Positions 28,016 through 39,010 of a stretch of 59,867 nt of DNA are shown here, piece after piece. A program made the translations under genes and the position numbers. The number at the start of each line of letters is the position of its first letter. Position 1 is the stretch's first letter. This DNA comes from Sedimentibacter sp. (GTDB taxonomy: Bacteria > Bacillota > Clostridia > Tissierellales > Sedimentibacteraceae), in NCBI GenBank assembly GCA_035270885.1, contig DATESJ010000123.1:1-59867 (forward strand), in the 5' to 3' direction. Under the pieces are notes generated by a model that made no database searches, was not told the DNA's origin, and saw nothing but the letters and a program-made list of their open reading frames with translations.

Positions 28016-30301
28016 TTATCTTGCACCCTTATCCTTTTCCTTGTCTATATCTTCCTGAGATAGACTAAGTTCCTCCCTAATCTTCGTCTTATACTTTTCA
28101 AGTTTTCCAAGTGTAGACTCCTTATCATCTTTTTTAAGACCATCTACATCATAGGTAGATTCAAAATAGTTACTACTCCTAAAATCACTGTCATACCTAT
28201 CTGGAATACCATCATTATCCATATCCTTTTCAAGGGGATCATAATAATTTCCATCATCATCTATTTCAAGTCCTAATTTTTCTCTTAAATCATTTTCATC
28301 AACCCTTACATAGTCATCAAATTCCCCATATTTAAGGTCTAAAAGAAAGCCTTCAAGGGCTTGCTCCTTATTTACTGCCTCGCCATCTTCATCTTCAAGA
28401 TAAGACCTATTGGATACTTCCTTATTATCTACATATTGTGTCCAGGAATAATCTTTAAGGCTTATTTCATACTGTATTTCATGGTTGCCATCTTCAGTGG
28501 TTGTATAGGCAAGCCCAATATGTCCTTCATCTGGGAAAAGTGTATTAAAGTCTTCATAAGCATGATCCTCTCCAAATTCTTTATTTAAATAATCAACTAT
28601 AGCTCTTTTAACATCTTCAATCAGTGGACTTAAGTTTTCCAATTCCTCTACTTCACCCATATCTAGGAGTTTATTGATTTCAGCTAGTCTTGCTACCTTG
28701 TTTTTTAGTTCTTCTGCCTTATCAAAAGGTTTCTTTACTTCTTCTTTGGCAATTTCAAATTGTTCTTTAGTAGCTACAAGCCTTTCCTCAAACCTTTTTA
28801 GACTATCTGGAATTTTATCTATTACATTGTCCATTCTTGTAATGTTTCCATCTCTGTTTTGCCCCAAGTCCCCGTAATGATTATTAGAACCCTTTAGGTT
28901 AAAGTTATGTTCATTGGTAATAATGCTATAGGTTACTTCTATAGGAAATCCCCTATATTCTCCAATAACCTTCTTATCTCTAAGCTTTATTCCCTTAATA
29001 GCTTCTAGGATTTTATCTCCTGCAACTTTTCTATCCTTTATTTCTTCATCAGTAATTTTAATTGAAGTAAATTTATTATCTCCTGTACCCTGTGGCTCAG
29101 TTCTTTCAATATCCTTCTTTGCTCCCTCAATTAATTTTTCATATTTCTCAATTTCTCTAGGATAGGTCTTTATAATCTTATCTTCAAGACTATAGAGGTT
29201 ACTCTTGTAATTCCCTTCCATCATCTTTAATTTTGTAACTTCAATATCCAGGTCCATCTTTTCTTTTATAAGGGGATTACCTGTTGCTAAAGCCTTTATT
29301 TCGGCATATGATAGGGTATTCTCGTCAACATCTTCTGCCACTCTAGCAGGAGTTTTTGATGTCATAATCTGAGATATAAATTTTTGCTTATTTTCTATGG
29401 TCTGCCAGAGGTAGCTATCAAATGTGTTTTCCGTAACATACCTAAAAATTTTTACCTTATCATTTCTATTACCACGTCTTACTATTCGACCCGCCCTTTG
29501 CTCCAAGTCAGCAGGCCTCCAAGGTACATCAAGATCATGAGTTGCTATAAGTCTTTCTTGCACATTAGTACCTGTCCCCATCTTTTGAGTAGAACCTAAA
29601 AGAATTCTAACATTACCTTTTCGTACTTTTGAAAATAATTCATCTTTCTGTTTTTCTGTATTGGCATCATGGATAAAGGCTATCTCTTTTTCAGGAACTG
29701 CCATATCTAAAAGTTTTTCCTTTATATCATCATAAACATTAAAAGTTCCATCATTTTTTGGGGTAGACATATCAGAAAAGATAAGTTGTGCTGAACGTTC
29801 TCCCTTTGTTTTATCCCATATGGAATAAATATTTTTAACACATACATTAACCTTGCTATCTGGATCATCTGGTAATAAGGGATTGATAAGCCTTTGATCT
29901 AATGCTAGTTTCTTACCATCATTTGTGATTTTTAGCATATTATCCTCTTCTGGCTCAACCCTTCTATCTCTAACCCTATCTGCACGTTCAGAAATGCCTT
30001 TTAAGACCTCTTTCTGCTCCTGGGTAGGCATTGTTACTATTGTTTCGTATTCAGCTTCAGGAACCTTTAAATCGAGCATATCTGCTGTTTTAATATCTGC
30101 AACTTCCTTAAACATAGCCATAAGTTCAGGAAGATTATAAAACTTGCTAAATCTTGTCTTAGTTCTATACTTATCTCCTTCAGGGGAAAGTTCTACTGCT
30201 GTTACAGTTTCACCAAATGTACTAGCCCATGAATCAAAGTGTTGTAAGTTATTCTTTTCAAGTTCATTAAATTGCAAATATCTTTGCATGGTGTAAAGTT
30301 C
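28016..30301 (-). CDS. Giant DNA methylase/SNF2 helicase, exon 2 (helicase C-terminal part)
   Basis: Resumes ELYTMQRYL after the intron; GTGTNVQ, DVPWRPADLEQRAGRIVRRGN helicase motifs V/VI. Confidence 0.9.
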   Translation of the reverse strand, partial: ELYTMQRYLQFNELEKNNLQHFDSWASTFGETVTAVELSPEGDKYRTKTRFSKFYNLPELMAMFKEVADIKTADMLDLKVPEAEYETIVTMPTQEQKEVLKGISERADRVRDRRVEPEEDNMLKITNDGKKLALDQRLINPLLPDDPDSKVNVCVKNIYSIWDKTKGERSAQLIFSDMSTPKNDGTFNVYDDIKEKLLDMAVPEKEIAFIHDANTEKQKDELFSKVRKGNVRILLGSTQKMGTGTNVQERLIATHDLDVPWRPADLEQRAGRIVRRGNRNDKVKIFRYVTENTFDSYLWQTIENKQKFISQIMTSKTPARVAEDVDENTLSYAEIKALATGNPLIKEKMDLDIEVTKLKMMEGNYKSNLYSLEDKIIKTYPREIEKYEKLIEGAKKDIERTEPQGTGDNKFTSIKITDEEIKDRKVAGDKILEAIKGIKLRDKKVIGEYRGFPIEVTYSIITNEHNFNLKGSNNHYGDLGQNRDGNITRMDNVIDKIPDSLKRFEERLVATKEQFEIAKEEVKKPFDKAEELKNKVARLAEINKLLDMGEVEELENLSPLIEDVKRAIVDYLNKEFGEDHAYEDFNTLFPDEGHIGLAYTTTEDGNHEIQYEISLKDYSWTQYVDNKEVSNRSYLEDEDGEAVNKEQALEGFLLDLKYGEFDDYVRVDENDLREKLGLEIDDDGNYYDPLEKDMDNDGIPDRYDSDFRSSNYFESTYDVDGLKKDDKESTLGKLEKYKTKIREELSLSQEDIDKEKDKGAR

Positions 30302-32812
30302 ATAAGGTAGGCAACACCACGCCATACTAATTTTCATCAGCGGTCTTGGTGTAACCCCCTTCAGAACCGTGCTTACGCCTCTCAGCGTACACGGCTCGCC
30401 ATTTTTCATAGTTTAAGTGATTTTTTTCTTTACTTCTTCATAACATTTTGGGCATAAAGCCAAAGATTTCCGTCTTTTTTCAATCATCAACAATTCAAAT
30501 TTATTATCAGCATTTAAGTCTTTCATACGTTTTACATGGTGCATATATACTTTGATAGAGTTTGCTCCACAAGCTTCACAAACACCACTTTTAAGCCTAC
30601 CAGCAAGACTGTTAGGTCTTATTTGGACTCTGTATTGTGGCATTATATCGGCAAATTGTGGGGCATCACTTTTATCCCTTTTAAATCCATCATTATAAAA
30701 CTCACAGCGTTTTATTCCACTTTTTGTCTTATAATTAGCACCAAAGTCTGCATTTTTACTGCGATATTTTGTATACATTTTCATAACAGATGAGTTGTAT
30801 TTAGCAGCCAATGTTTTTAGACAACTTCCACGCATAATAGAATGAAATTTACCTAAGTTGCAAGCATTGATTGCCATGCGATAATAATTGTATAGTCCTC
30901 TGATTTCTGAATTATATTTACTGATGATTGCAACTTCATCCAAGGGCATTAATGCACCCCTATGAATTGGTTTCCAGATTTCTTTACCATTTCCGTCTTT
31001 TTTGATTTTCAAAGCCTTGTATTCGTGCAACTTAGAAATCCATTTTTCTTTAGGTACATATAGTTGTACCTTCCCATACCATACACGTTGTAATCCTTTC
31101 TTGGTGCGTTTAAAATCTTGACTCCTAGATACTCTAATATCGTAACCTAGATATCGCACCATTTTAGAGGAGTGGGTAATATGAGTCTTTTCTTCTGACA
31201 TCGTAAGCTTGAGGGTATCTTGTAAAAACACTCTTACTAACTCTTTTATTTTTTGTGCGTCTTCTTTTGAACCTGTTATGGAAATTAAAAAATCATCAGC
31301 ATAACGGTTGTATTGTATACGCTTAAAACTATTATCCATTTCATCTAAATGTGGAGTAGACAACATAGTTTTTCGAGCTTCTTTAAATGTCTTTATATTT
31401 TCCTCATTACGATTATTTTCTAAGTTTTTCTTTGATTTTCTATAAGCCCAACGGACTTTCTCATGGTCTTCGTGTACCTTGCGCTTTCTTGTTTCTCCCA
31501 TATCGAATTCATTTTTCAGCTCTTCCATAAATATATCAAGCTCATGTAAATATATATTTGATATTATCGGACTCATGCCCGACCCTTGTGGAGAGCCAGA
31601 GTATGTCGTATGGTATATCCATTGCTCCATATATCCTGCTCTTAGAAATTTCCACATTAGAGATATAAATGCCTCATCATCAATGCGTCTTCTTAGAAGA
31701 TTTACGGTTACATGGTGGTCAAAACTATCGAAACAAGCCTTAATATCACCCTCAATTATCCATTTAGCACCAGTAAAAATTGTAACAACCTCTCTTAATG
31801 CCGTATGACAACTTCGGTTAGGTCTAAAACCATGTGAGTTATTAGAAAACGTTGGTTCATAGATTGCTTCTAATATCATTCTGATGACTTCTTGTATTAG
31901 CTTGTCATCAGTTGACGGAATACCCAAAGGTCGTTTTTTCTTGCTATTTTTCTTTGCAATGTAGACACGCCTTGCTGGGTTTGGTTGGTATGAGTGGTCT
32001 TTTAATCTTGCAATAATATTTTCAATACGCTCCATGCTCATACCATCAAGAGTAAGTCCATCTGACCCTGCTGTCATACTACCCTGTGAGATAGCAATAT
32101 TTTGATATGCAAGTAGATAGAATTCTGGATTATATAGGTTGCGATATAACCTTTCAAACCTATAGTTTTCTTTTGTTGCTTGTTCACTTAAACTTTTCAA
32201 TACATTTTCGGGACTTCTCATAATGCCTCACGCACCTTTCCTTTTTTATTGTATTGAAGAAAAACTGTCTCCCTTCGCCATGTGGACGGCTTTCCCGTCC
32301 TCGGACTACTACGAAGACTCTGTTACCCTAACAAATATTCAAAGTCGCTTTTTTTCATAGCACTTATAGCCAATTTATTGGCATTTTGTCTTAGGTAATC
32401 CCCTTTTAGAACTGTAATAACATAAGCTTGTTATGATTTCGGATGTGACTTTCGTCGTTTTCCACTTCTTGTGGCTAGTTTAATTTGGATATCTTGTGAA
32501 TACGCATGACTGACTCATATTCACCAAAATACATGGGAGTTTAACTTCCATACCCATGGAGCAACATTTTGCCCAACCTCCGACTATCATTTAGGCAGTT
32601 TAGCTTTCATCCTTATTCATAACTTTTCATCACTACCACGCAAACGCCTTGGAAGTTTCGGTATTTCGTGTCCTCCGACATGCTGCACTCCCCGTCAGGT
32701 TTCCCATTTCGGATAAGTCGGGTGATGATAGGTTGTAGACTTTACATCTACTTTGATATCTTTACCTATTACTTGCTCAAGGTAAAATTATTACAGCCCC
32801 TTATGGGCGCAC
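30302..32812 (-). mobile_element. Group II intron, Ll.LtrB-like (IIA), 2511 nt
   Basis: 5' GTGCGCCCATAAGGG; domain V GAGCCGTGTACGCTGAGAGGCGTAAGCACGGTTC; 3' CCTACCTTAT; removal restores in-frame NSMT|ELY. Confidence 0.93.
30413..32221 (-). CDS. ltrA: Group II intron reverse transcriptase/maturase
   Basis: RPLGIP, HGFRPNRSC, GSPQGS, RYADD, X domain, C-terminal CEACG..HHV..LCPKC. Confidence 0.95.
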   Translation of the reverse strand: MRSPENVLKSLSEQATKENYRFERLYRNLYNPEFYLLAYQNIAISQGSMTAGSDGLTLDGMSMERIENIIARLKDHSYQPNPARRVYIAKKNSKKKRPLGIPSTDDKLIQEVIRMILEAIYEPTFSNNSHGFRPNRSCHTALREVVTIFTGAKWIIEGDIKACFDSFDHHVTVNLLRRRIDDEAFISLMWKFLRAGYMEQWIYHTTYSGSPQGSGMSPIISNIYLHELDIFMEELKNEFDMGETRKRKVHEDHEKVRWAYRKSKKNLENNRNEENIKTFKEARKTMLSTPHLDEMDNSFKRIQYNRYADDFLISITGSKEDAQKIKELVRVFLQDTLKLTMSEEKTHITHSSKMVRYLGYDIRVSRSQDFKRTKKGLQRVWYGKVQLYVPKEKWISKLHEYKALKIKKDGNGKEIWKPIHRGALMPLDEVAIISKYNSEIRGLYNYYRMAINACNLGKFHSIMRGSCLKTLAAKYNSSVMKMYTKYRSKNADFGANYKTKSGIKRCEFYNDGFKRDKSDAPQFADIMPQYRVQIRPNSLAGRLKSGVCEACGANSIKVYMHHVKRMKDLNADNKFELLMIEKRRKSLALCPKCYEEVKKKIT

Positions 32813-35800
32813 CGTCATACTATTGGATATTGGGGTTCCTGTAGCAAATACAACTCCTCTACCTCCAGTCATTTCATCTAAATATCTGCATTTCATAAAC
32901 ATATCAGAGGATTTAAGTGCTTCACTCTGTCCTATTCCTGCTACATTTCTCATCTTTGTATAAAGAAATAGGTTCTTATAATTATGGGCTTCATCTACAT
33001 AAAGCTTATCAACACCAAGTTCTTCAAAGGTTACCACATCATCTTTTTTGAAGTCATCATTTAATTTCTTAAGTCTTCCCTCAAGTTTCTTTTTAGTATT
33101 TTGTAACTGCTTTACTGTGAAGTTCTGACTTCTATCGTACTTATACTCTTCAATATAATTTAGGATTCCATCTATTTCACTTCTTATATGATTCTCTTGA
33201 TATTCTTTACTCATTGGTATTTTTTCAAATTGTGAATGGCCAATAATAATCGCATCATATTCCCCTGTAGCTATTTTACCTATGAACCTCTTTCTATTAT
33301 TAGGTTGAAAATCTTTCTTTGTAGCAACCATAATATTAGCTCCAGGATAAAGTTCCATGAAATCTCTACCTATTTGCTCAGTTAAGTGATTGGGAACTAC
33401 AAACAAGGCTTTACTACTCATTCCAAGTCTTTTTGATTCCATTGCTGAGGCAATCATCTCAAAGGTCTTACCTGCCCCTACTGAATGGGCAAGAAGGGAG
33501 TTGCCACCATAAAGCGTCCTGGCAACTGCATTTTTTTGATGGTCTTTAAGGATAATACCTGTATTCATTCCTTCAAAATGAAGATTAGAACCATCATATT
33601 CCCTATTGCGTACAGAATTAAATTTTTCATTGTATATTTTTTCTAAACGGTGTCTTCTGTCTGGCTCATTAAATATCCAGTTTTTAAACTCTTCTTTTAA
33701 AAGTTCCTGTTTCTGACTTGCTAACATTGTTTCTTTTTTATTAAGTATAGAGGATGTACTACCATCTGGATTAGTAACCCTATCCCACACCTTAGTTTCC
33801 TTAAGATTTAAAGCATCCTCTATGATTTTATAGGCATTCACTCTACTAGTACCATAGGTCATATTTGCTAGGTCATTTCCTCCATCTTTACTTTTTCCTT
33901 CAATCCTCCATTCAGCAGTAAAGGGTGAATACCTAACATTAATATCCCATCTTGCAAATCTTGGTGTCTTAAGGGTTGCAAAAATAAATTCTTCAACATC
34001 CTTAGCCGGTACCCAGGTAGCCCCAAGTCTTACTGTAATTTCTGACGCTGTAAGTTCCTTTGGCATTACCTCTTTAAGGCTTTCTCTTTGCACTTTTAAA
34101 TTTAGTAAATTGCTTTCTACTTCTCTAAGATTTGTGCCATCATTTTCATCTATAAAACGTAGTGATCTTTCAATTGTTTCAATATATTCATCTAAAACAC
34201 CTATCTTTTCCCTAATGTTTCCACTTAAATATTCATCAACACTCACATAGTTAAATGCCATAGGATTATGCTTTTCTTTTTCTGTAAAGGGTAGGGCATT
34301 ATTTTCTCTATCAAACTCCTTAATATCAAGAAAGATTTTTCCCTTTAGGCTATCTACCAAGGTTTTTTCATCAATATCTGTAAGCTCTTCCATATAGTCA
34401 AGGTCTACTCTTCCTTTTTCTGCTATAGAAAGAATAAGTGCTTCATCTGGTGTATCAACATGGCTTACAGGAATAGCCTTTTTAATTGTACGTTTTGTAA
34501 ATATGTCGCCCTTTTCCTTAAACTTTCCTTCTTCTAACTTTTCAATACTTGAAATAAGGGCAAAGTTACTGTCTTCAGATAAAAGCCTAGTATTCATCCT
34601 TCCATTAATATAACCATGGTCTTTACTAAAGGCATCGTAAATCTTATTTAGATGTTCCTGAGTTTCCTTAATTTCTCCTTCACTTCTATCTTCCAATTGT
34701 GAATCAATTACATCTCTAAGGACATTTCCAAGAGCAATATAGTCTCTGATTTTATCAAGGTCATTATCGTTTCTATTAACCTCCCTCATTATGGAATCTT
34801 CTCTCATATAAATCTTTCCATCTTTTTCAGTAAAGGAGAAATTCTTCACATTATCATCAGCTGGAATAATTTCAGGTTCTCTATCCCCATCTTCTCTTTC
34901 TATCTTTATAGGCTCTATTTTTCCTTTAATATTCTTAATGGATTCAAAGAGTTCAACCTTTAAGTCATGATTGTCTTTTGCCTTACAAGTTATGGTATTA
35001 CCAAATCTTCCTGATACCTCTACCATTTCACCTAGTATCATTTCAGGATTTTCTACAAAGTAACTATTGTAGCTAAGACCACTTTTATCAGTTTTTAGCT
35101 CATACCAAGGTTCTTCTTTTTCTATTACTGAATCCTTCTTTTGAAGGAAGATAATATCACTGGTTACTTCTGTTCCTGCCATACCTTTAAAGGTATTATT
35201 GGGTAGCCTTATTGCTCCCAGAAAATCACATCTAGCACCTATATATCTACGAATAGAATCATCTTTTTTATCCATTGTTCCACTTGAAGTAATAAAGGCA
35301 ATAACACCACCACTTCTAACCTTGTCTATGGATTTTGCAAAGAAGTAATCATGTATTAAAAAATTATTTTTATCATATAGTCTATCGTTTACCTTAAATT
35401 CTCCGAAAGGAACATTTCCAACTGCCACATCAAAAAAGTTATTAGAAAATGAAGTTTCCTCAAAGCCTTTTACCTGGACCTTGTTTTCTGGATATAATTT
35501 CTTTGATATATTTCCTGATATACTATCAAGCTCTACACCATATACCTTTGATTCTTTCATACTTTTAGGAAGGCTACCCATAAAGCTACCAACTCCACAT
35601 GAAGGCTCAAGTATGTTCCCCTTTTCAAACCCCATGTTTTCAAGTCCTTGATAAATCCCATCTATTACTACTTTAGGAGTATAGAAGGCTGTAAGAGTTG
35701 ATTCCTCACAAGCTTCATATTCACTTGGGCTTAGGTTTTCTTTAAGAAAGTTCCTTGCTCTTTCCCATTGACCAGTTTTATTTTCATCAAATACTTCTGA

Positions 35801-38026
35801 TAAGCCTCCCCAGCCTACATACCTAGCTAAGATTTCTTGTTCCTCCCTACTAGCCCCCCTATCCTCTTCTTCTAGCATTTTAAGAATTCTTATAGCATTG
35901 ATATTGTTTTCTAACCTTTCTTGTGGTGGAAGGCTTTCAGCTAGTATTTCATCAGTGATTATAAAATTTTCAGCCCTTGGTCTTTCTATGATTTCTTCTT
36001 GCCTATCCTCACCATCTTCAAAGTTATCAAGAGAAAAGGTCATTTGTTCCACTTCTCTGGATTTTTCTTCATCAAAATCATAAAGCTCTGCATTATAAAG
36101 AAATTCATTCAATTCATCTATATCTTCAAATTGTAGTCTTCTAACCTGTCTTGCATCAAGAATATACTCATCTTTAAGTTCATAGGGAAGGATTTCAATA
36201 GATAGGAGTTCCTCTTTTATACTTTTAACAATAAAGGGATTATCCCACACTTTTATAACACTATCTCTTGTAATAGGCCTTTCATTTAATTCTTCTCCTT
36301 GCATGAAAAGAATTTCTGGATCTATTTCATCTTCAATTTCAACCTCTATGGGACTATCAAGCTGCCCAAAAAACACCCTGTGAATTTCTTCTTCACTTAA
36401 CTGTTTTTTAAGTTCACTATCTTTTAATTCCTTAAATGTCTTAGGAAAATCTTCAAGTATAAGTCTTTCTGCTCCGACTTCCCTAAGCTCCTTAATATTA
36501 AAGTAACCCCATTCTGGCTCTATACCTATTACAAGACCAAAGGCATCTTCTGTTTCAGGGTCATACTCTGTTAAATACCAGGTCCAGTTACTTCTAAAGG
36601 GAATGATATAGGCTGCATGGACTGTTTTATCCCCTGCAGAAACCTTTTCTGTTTCTCCTAATCTAGGAACTTGTTCTAAAATTTCATCACTCATAAGTTC
36701 CTTAGGATTAACCTTTGAATAATATTGGGAAACAAAAAAGGAAGTAGATTCATTGTCTACCTCCTGGTCCCCATCTTTACTTATTTCTTCATCTAATTGT
36801 AAACGTACTCCTTCATTGCTAGTTCTCTCAGCTGATGATTTAGATTCTCCATCAACCCTACCCACTTCATCTGGTCCTCTGCCTTTAGTTTCTCTGTCAG
36901 TCCAAAGCTCTCCATCATCCTCGGTTTCTCCATCTCTATAAATTTCCTGGCTGTCTCTTCTACCTCTAGCAAGTGATTCATTAGGCTCTTGTCTAGGAAC
37001 ATCTCCTGAAATAATTCCTCCTTCTCCTCTGCTATGAAGTTCAGTCTGGCCTTGGCGAACCTGTGGGTCTGGTAGGTCTGATCTTTCATCAGAACTTCTT
37101 CCGATACTTCCTTCATCTTCAAGATTATCTCTTCCTGTGTTTCGCATTGTCCAAACATCATCTGATATTCGTTCTCTATCTTCTCTTCCTTCTGGTATGT
37201 TTCCAGCATTTCCTCGAAATTCATCATCCATCCCTCCTATATTTTCTTCATTACCTCTATCTTCTATATTTTCATTGTACCGCTCTACTGGCCTTTTTGT
37301 CAGCACCTTATTTTTATCAATTTCTTTATCTATAGTAACTGTTCTCTCGAGGATACTTGCAACCATTGAATTTAGCTCATTTCCTACTATTGATAAGGAA
37401 ATTTCATCAAGACTTCTTAGAATATTATTAATTTTACCTCTATCTACCTCATAATTTATATCAAGTCTACTAGCATAGCCTATTTTTATAGACTCTGTAA
37501 GAAAATCATTAAATATCTTCCTACTACTAGGAGCTACCTTAAGTTCATTTAAGACATAATTACCCCTATTTATTACTTCTGTATATGCAATATTTTCAAG
37601 GATTTCATCTATTGTCATATCAGCTATTTCATCTTCATTAAAAGCACCATCAAACCCTAAAGCTTCTTTTAGGCTTTCTTCTCCATTATTTAGTTTCCAT
37701 AACTCAACTTGATTTGTTGCTCTTGACATTGATACTGTTTGGCTAAGGTCAAAGATGTAGGTTACTTTACCATATTCTCCATAATTCTTATATATAGGAA
37801 TTCCTTTTTCTCCACGTTTTACAGTTCTATTAAATTTCTTTCTCCAAAAATCAAATTCCCCACAGGCTCTTGCACTAGCATTCTTATCATAGATACTAAG
37901 TTGGCTAGTAAAATCATATTTATAATTATTTCCAATAGTTCTCATAAGTGAAATATACTCATCGCTACTAGAGAGAACCCTTGACTTGATTTCTTGTATT
38001 AAATGCTCAAAATCATTTATCCTCAT
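32813..38026 (-). CDS. Giant DNA methylase/SNF2 helicase, exon 1 (ArdC-N-like, DUF2958-like, N6-MTase, SNF2 N-terminal); spliced product 2499 aa
   Basis: [18 protein letters not shown] (MTase); [20 protein letters not shown] (SF2); [10 protein letters not shown]...EWGYF. Confidence 0.9.
36793..37227 (-). CDS. TnpV family protein nested out of frame within the helicase gene
   Basis: ARLNFIAEE...[13 protein letters not shown]...[20 protein letters not shown]...KEYVY matches the TnpV pattern; own AGGAGG RBS. Confidence 0.7.
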   Translation of the reverse strand: MMNFEEMLETYQKEEKIENEYQMMFGQCETQEEIILKMKEVSEEVLMKDQTYQTHRFAKARLNFIAEEKEELFQEMFLDKSLMNHLLEVEETARKFIEMEKPRMMESFGLTEKLKAEDQMKWVGLMENLNHQLRELAMKEYVYN

Positions 38027-39008
38027 ATTTTCCTCCTTCTTCCATAATAAAATATAAGCTACAATTATGAATCTCCTTTATTATTTCTTCTAAAACATCA
38101 ACCACTATGCTATTACCAGCTTGTTTATACAGAATACTCGACATACAGTTTTTCCTTCTTGGAAATATCTTTATAAGCTTATCAAAGTCACTATCATCAA
38201 ATCCCATTAACCTAAAACATTCTCTTTCAGTAAGATACCTATATCTGTTACCACCTATGGCAAGTATTCCTGAATTAGGTACTCTTACTTGTTTAGTGGA
38301 TATGGTATAACAAAAGTCTTCTATTACTTGAAGCCTTCCTTGAAATTGTGGCTTATAGGATGGATCATGGAGTATTTTTAACATTGAAGGCTGTTTAACT
38401 AAAAATATATCTCCATACCTTTCCATTACATCATTTTCAAGAAAATCTGATAAATGCTTGGCTCTTTTGTGTTTTAAATTATTAAATTTAAAAGGATTTT
38501 TACCTAAATAACTAATGGCAAAAATCCTTTCCCTCTTTTGTGGTATTCCAAAATTCATCGAATTAAGAATCTCATACTTGGTTTCATAACCCAGTCTTTT
38601 CATTTCTTTAAGGTAATAAAAAAAGGAAGTTCTCATATTTTTATCGAGAACTCCCTTAACATTTTCCCATATTACCAATCTGGGCTTATCCTGTTTTTCT
38701 TCTATTATCCTTATAGTTTCAAATAGAAGACTGCTCCTTGTCCCACTTCCTTTCTTTCCTCCAAGTTTTTCCCCTATCCTGGAAAAATCCTGACAGGGAC
38801 TACCATGCATTAACAAATCAATTTTTTTATCTGGAAGGCTATAATTACATACACTTCTTGGCTCATAATTTTCATTAAAAAGTGCATTATAGCTTTTAAC
38901 ACAATTCTTATCTATTTCAACATAATCTACAATCTCAAAGGGAATTTTACTATTGATGTAAGCCTTCCTTATTGCACCTATACCACCAAAAAGCTCTACA
39001 ACCTTCAT
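38013..39008 (-). CDS. dcm: DNA (cytosine-5) methyltransferase, orphan
   Basis: [34 protein letters not shown]. Confidence 0.95.
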   Translation of the reverse strand: MKVVELFGGIGAIRKAYINSKIPFEIVDYVEIDKNCVKSYNALFNENYEPRSVCNYSLPDKKIDLLMHGSPCQDFSRIGEKLGGKKGSGTRSSLLFETIRIIEEKQDKPRLVIWENVKGVLDKNMRTSFFYYLKEMKRLGYETKYEILNSMNFGIPQKRERIFAISYLGKNPFKFNNLKHKRAKHLSDFLENDVMERYGDIFLVKQPSMLKILHDPSYKPQFQGRLQVIEDFCYTISTKQVRVPNSGILAIGGNRYRYLTERECFRLMGFDDSDFDKLIKIFPRRKNCMSSILYKQAGNSIVVDVLEEIIKEIHNCSLYFIMEEGGKYEDK

Positions 39009-39010
39009 CC

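Noticed and set aside
30302-30409. N-terminal extension MKNGEPCTLRG... of the 797-aa ORF
   Set aside because: It is intron domain V/VI sequence read in frame; the real exon 2 starts at 30301
30413-32221. RT as a possible retron, DGR or defence RT
   Set aside because: It has a maturase domain and lies within clear group II intron ends with domain V
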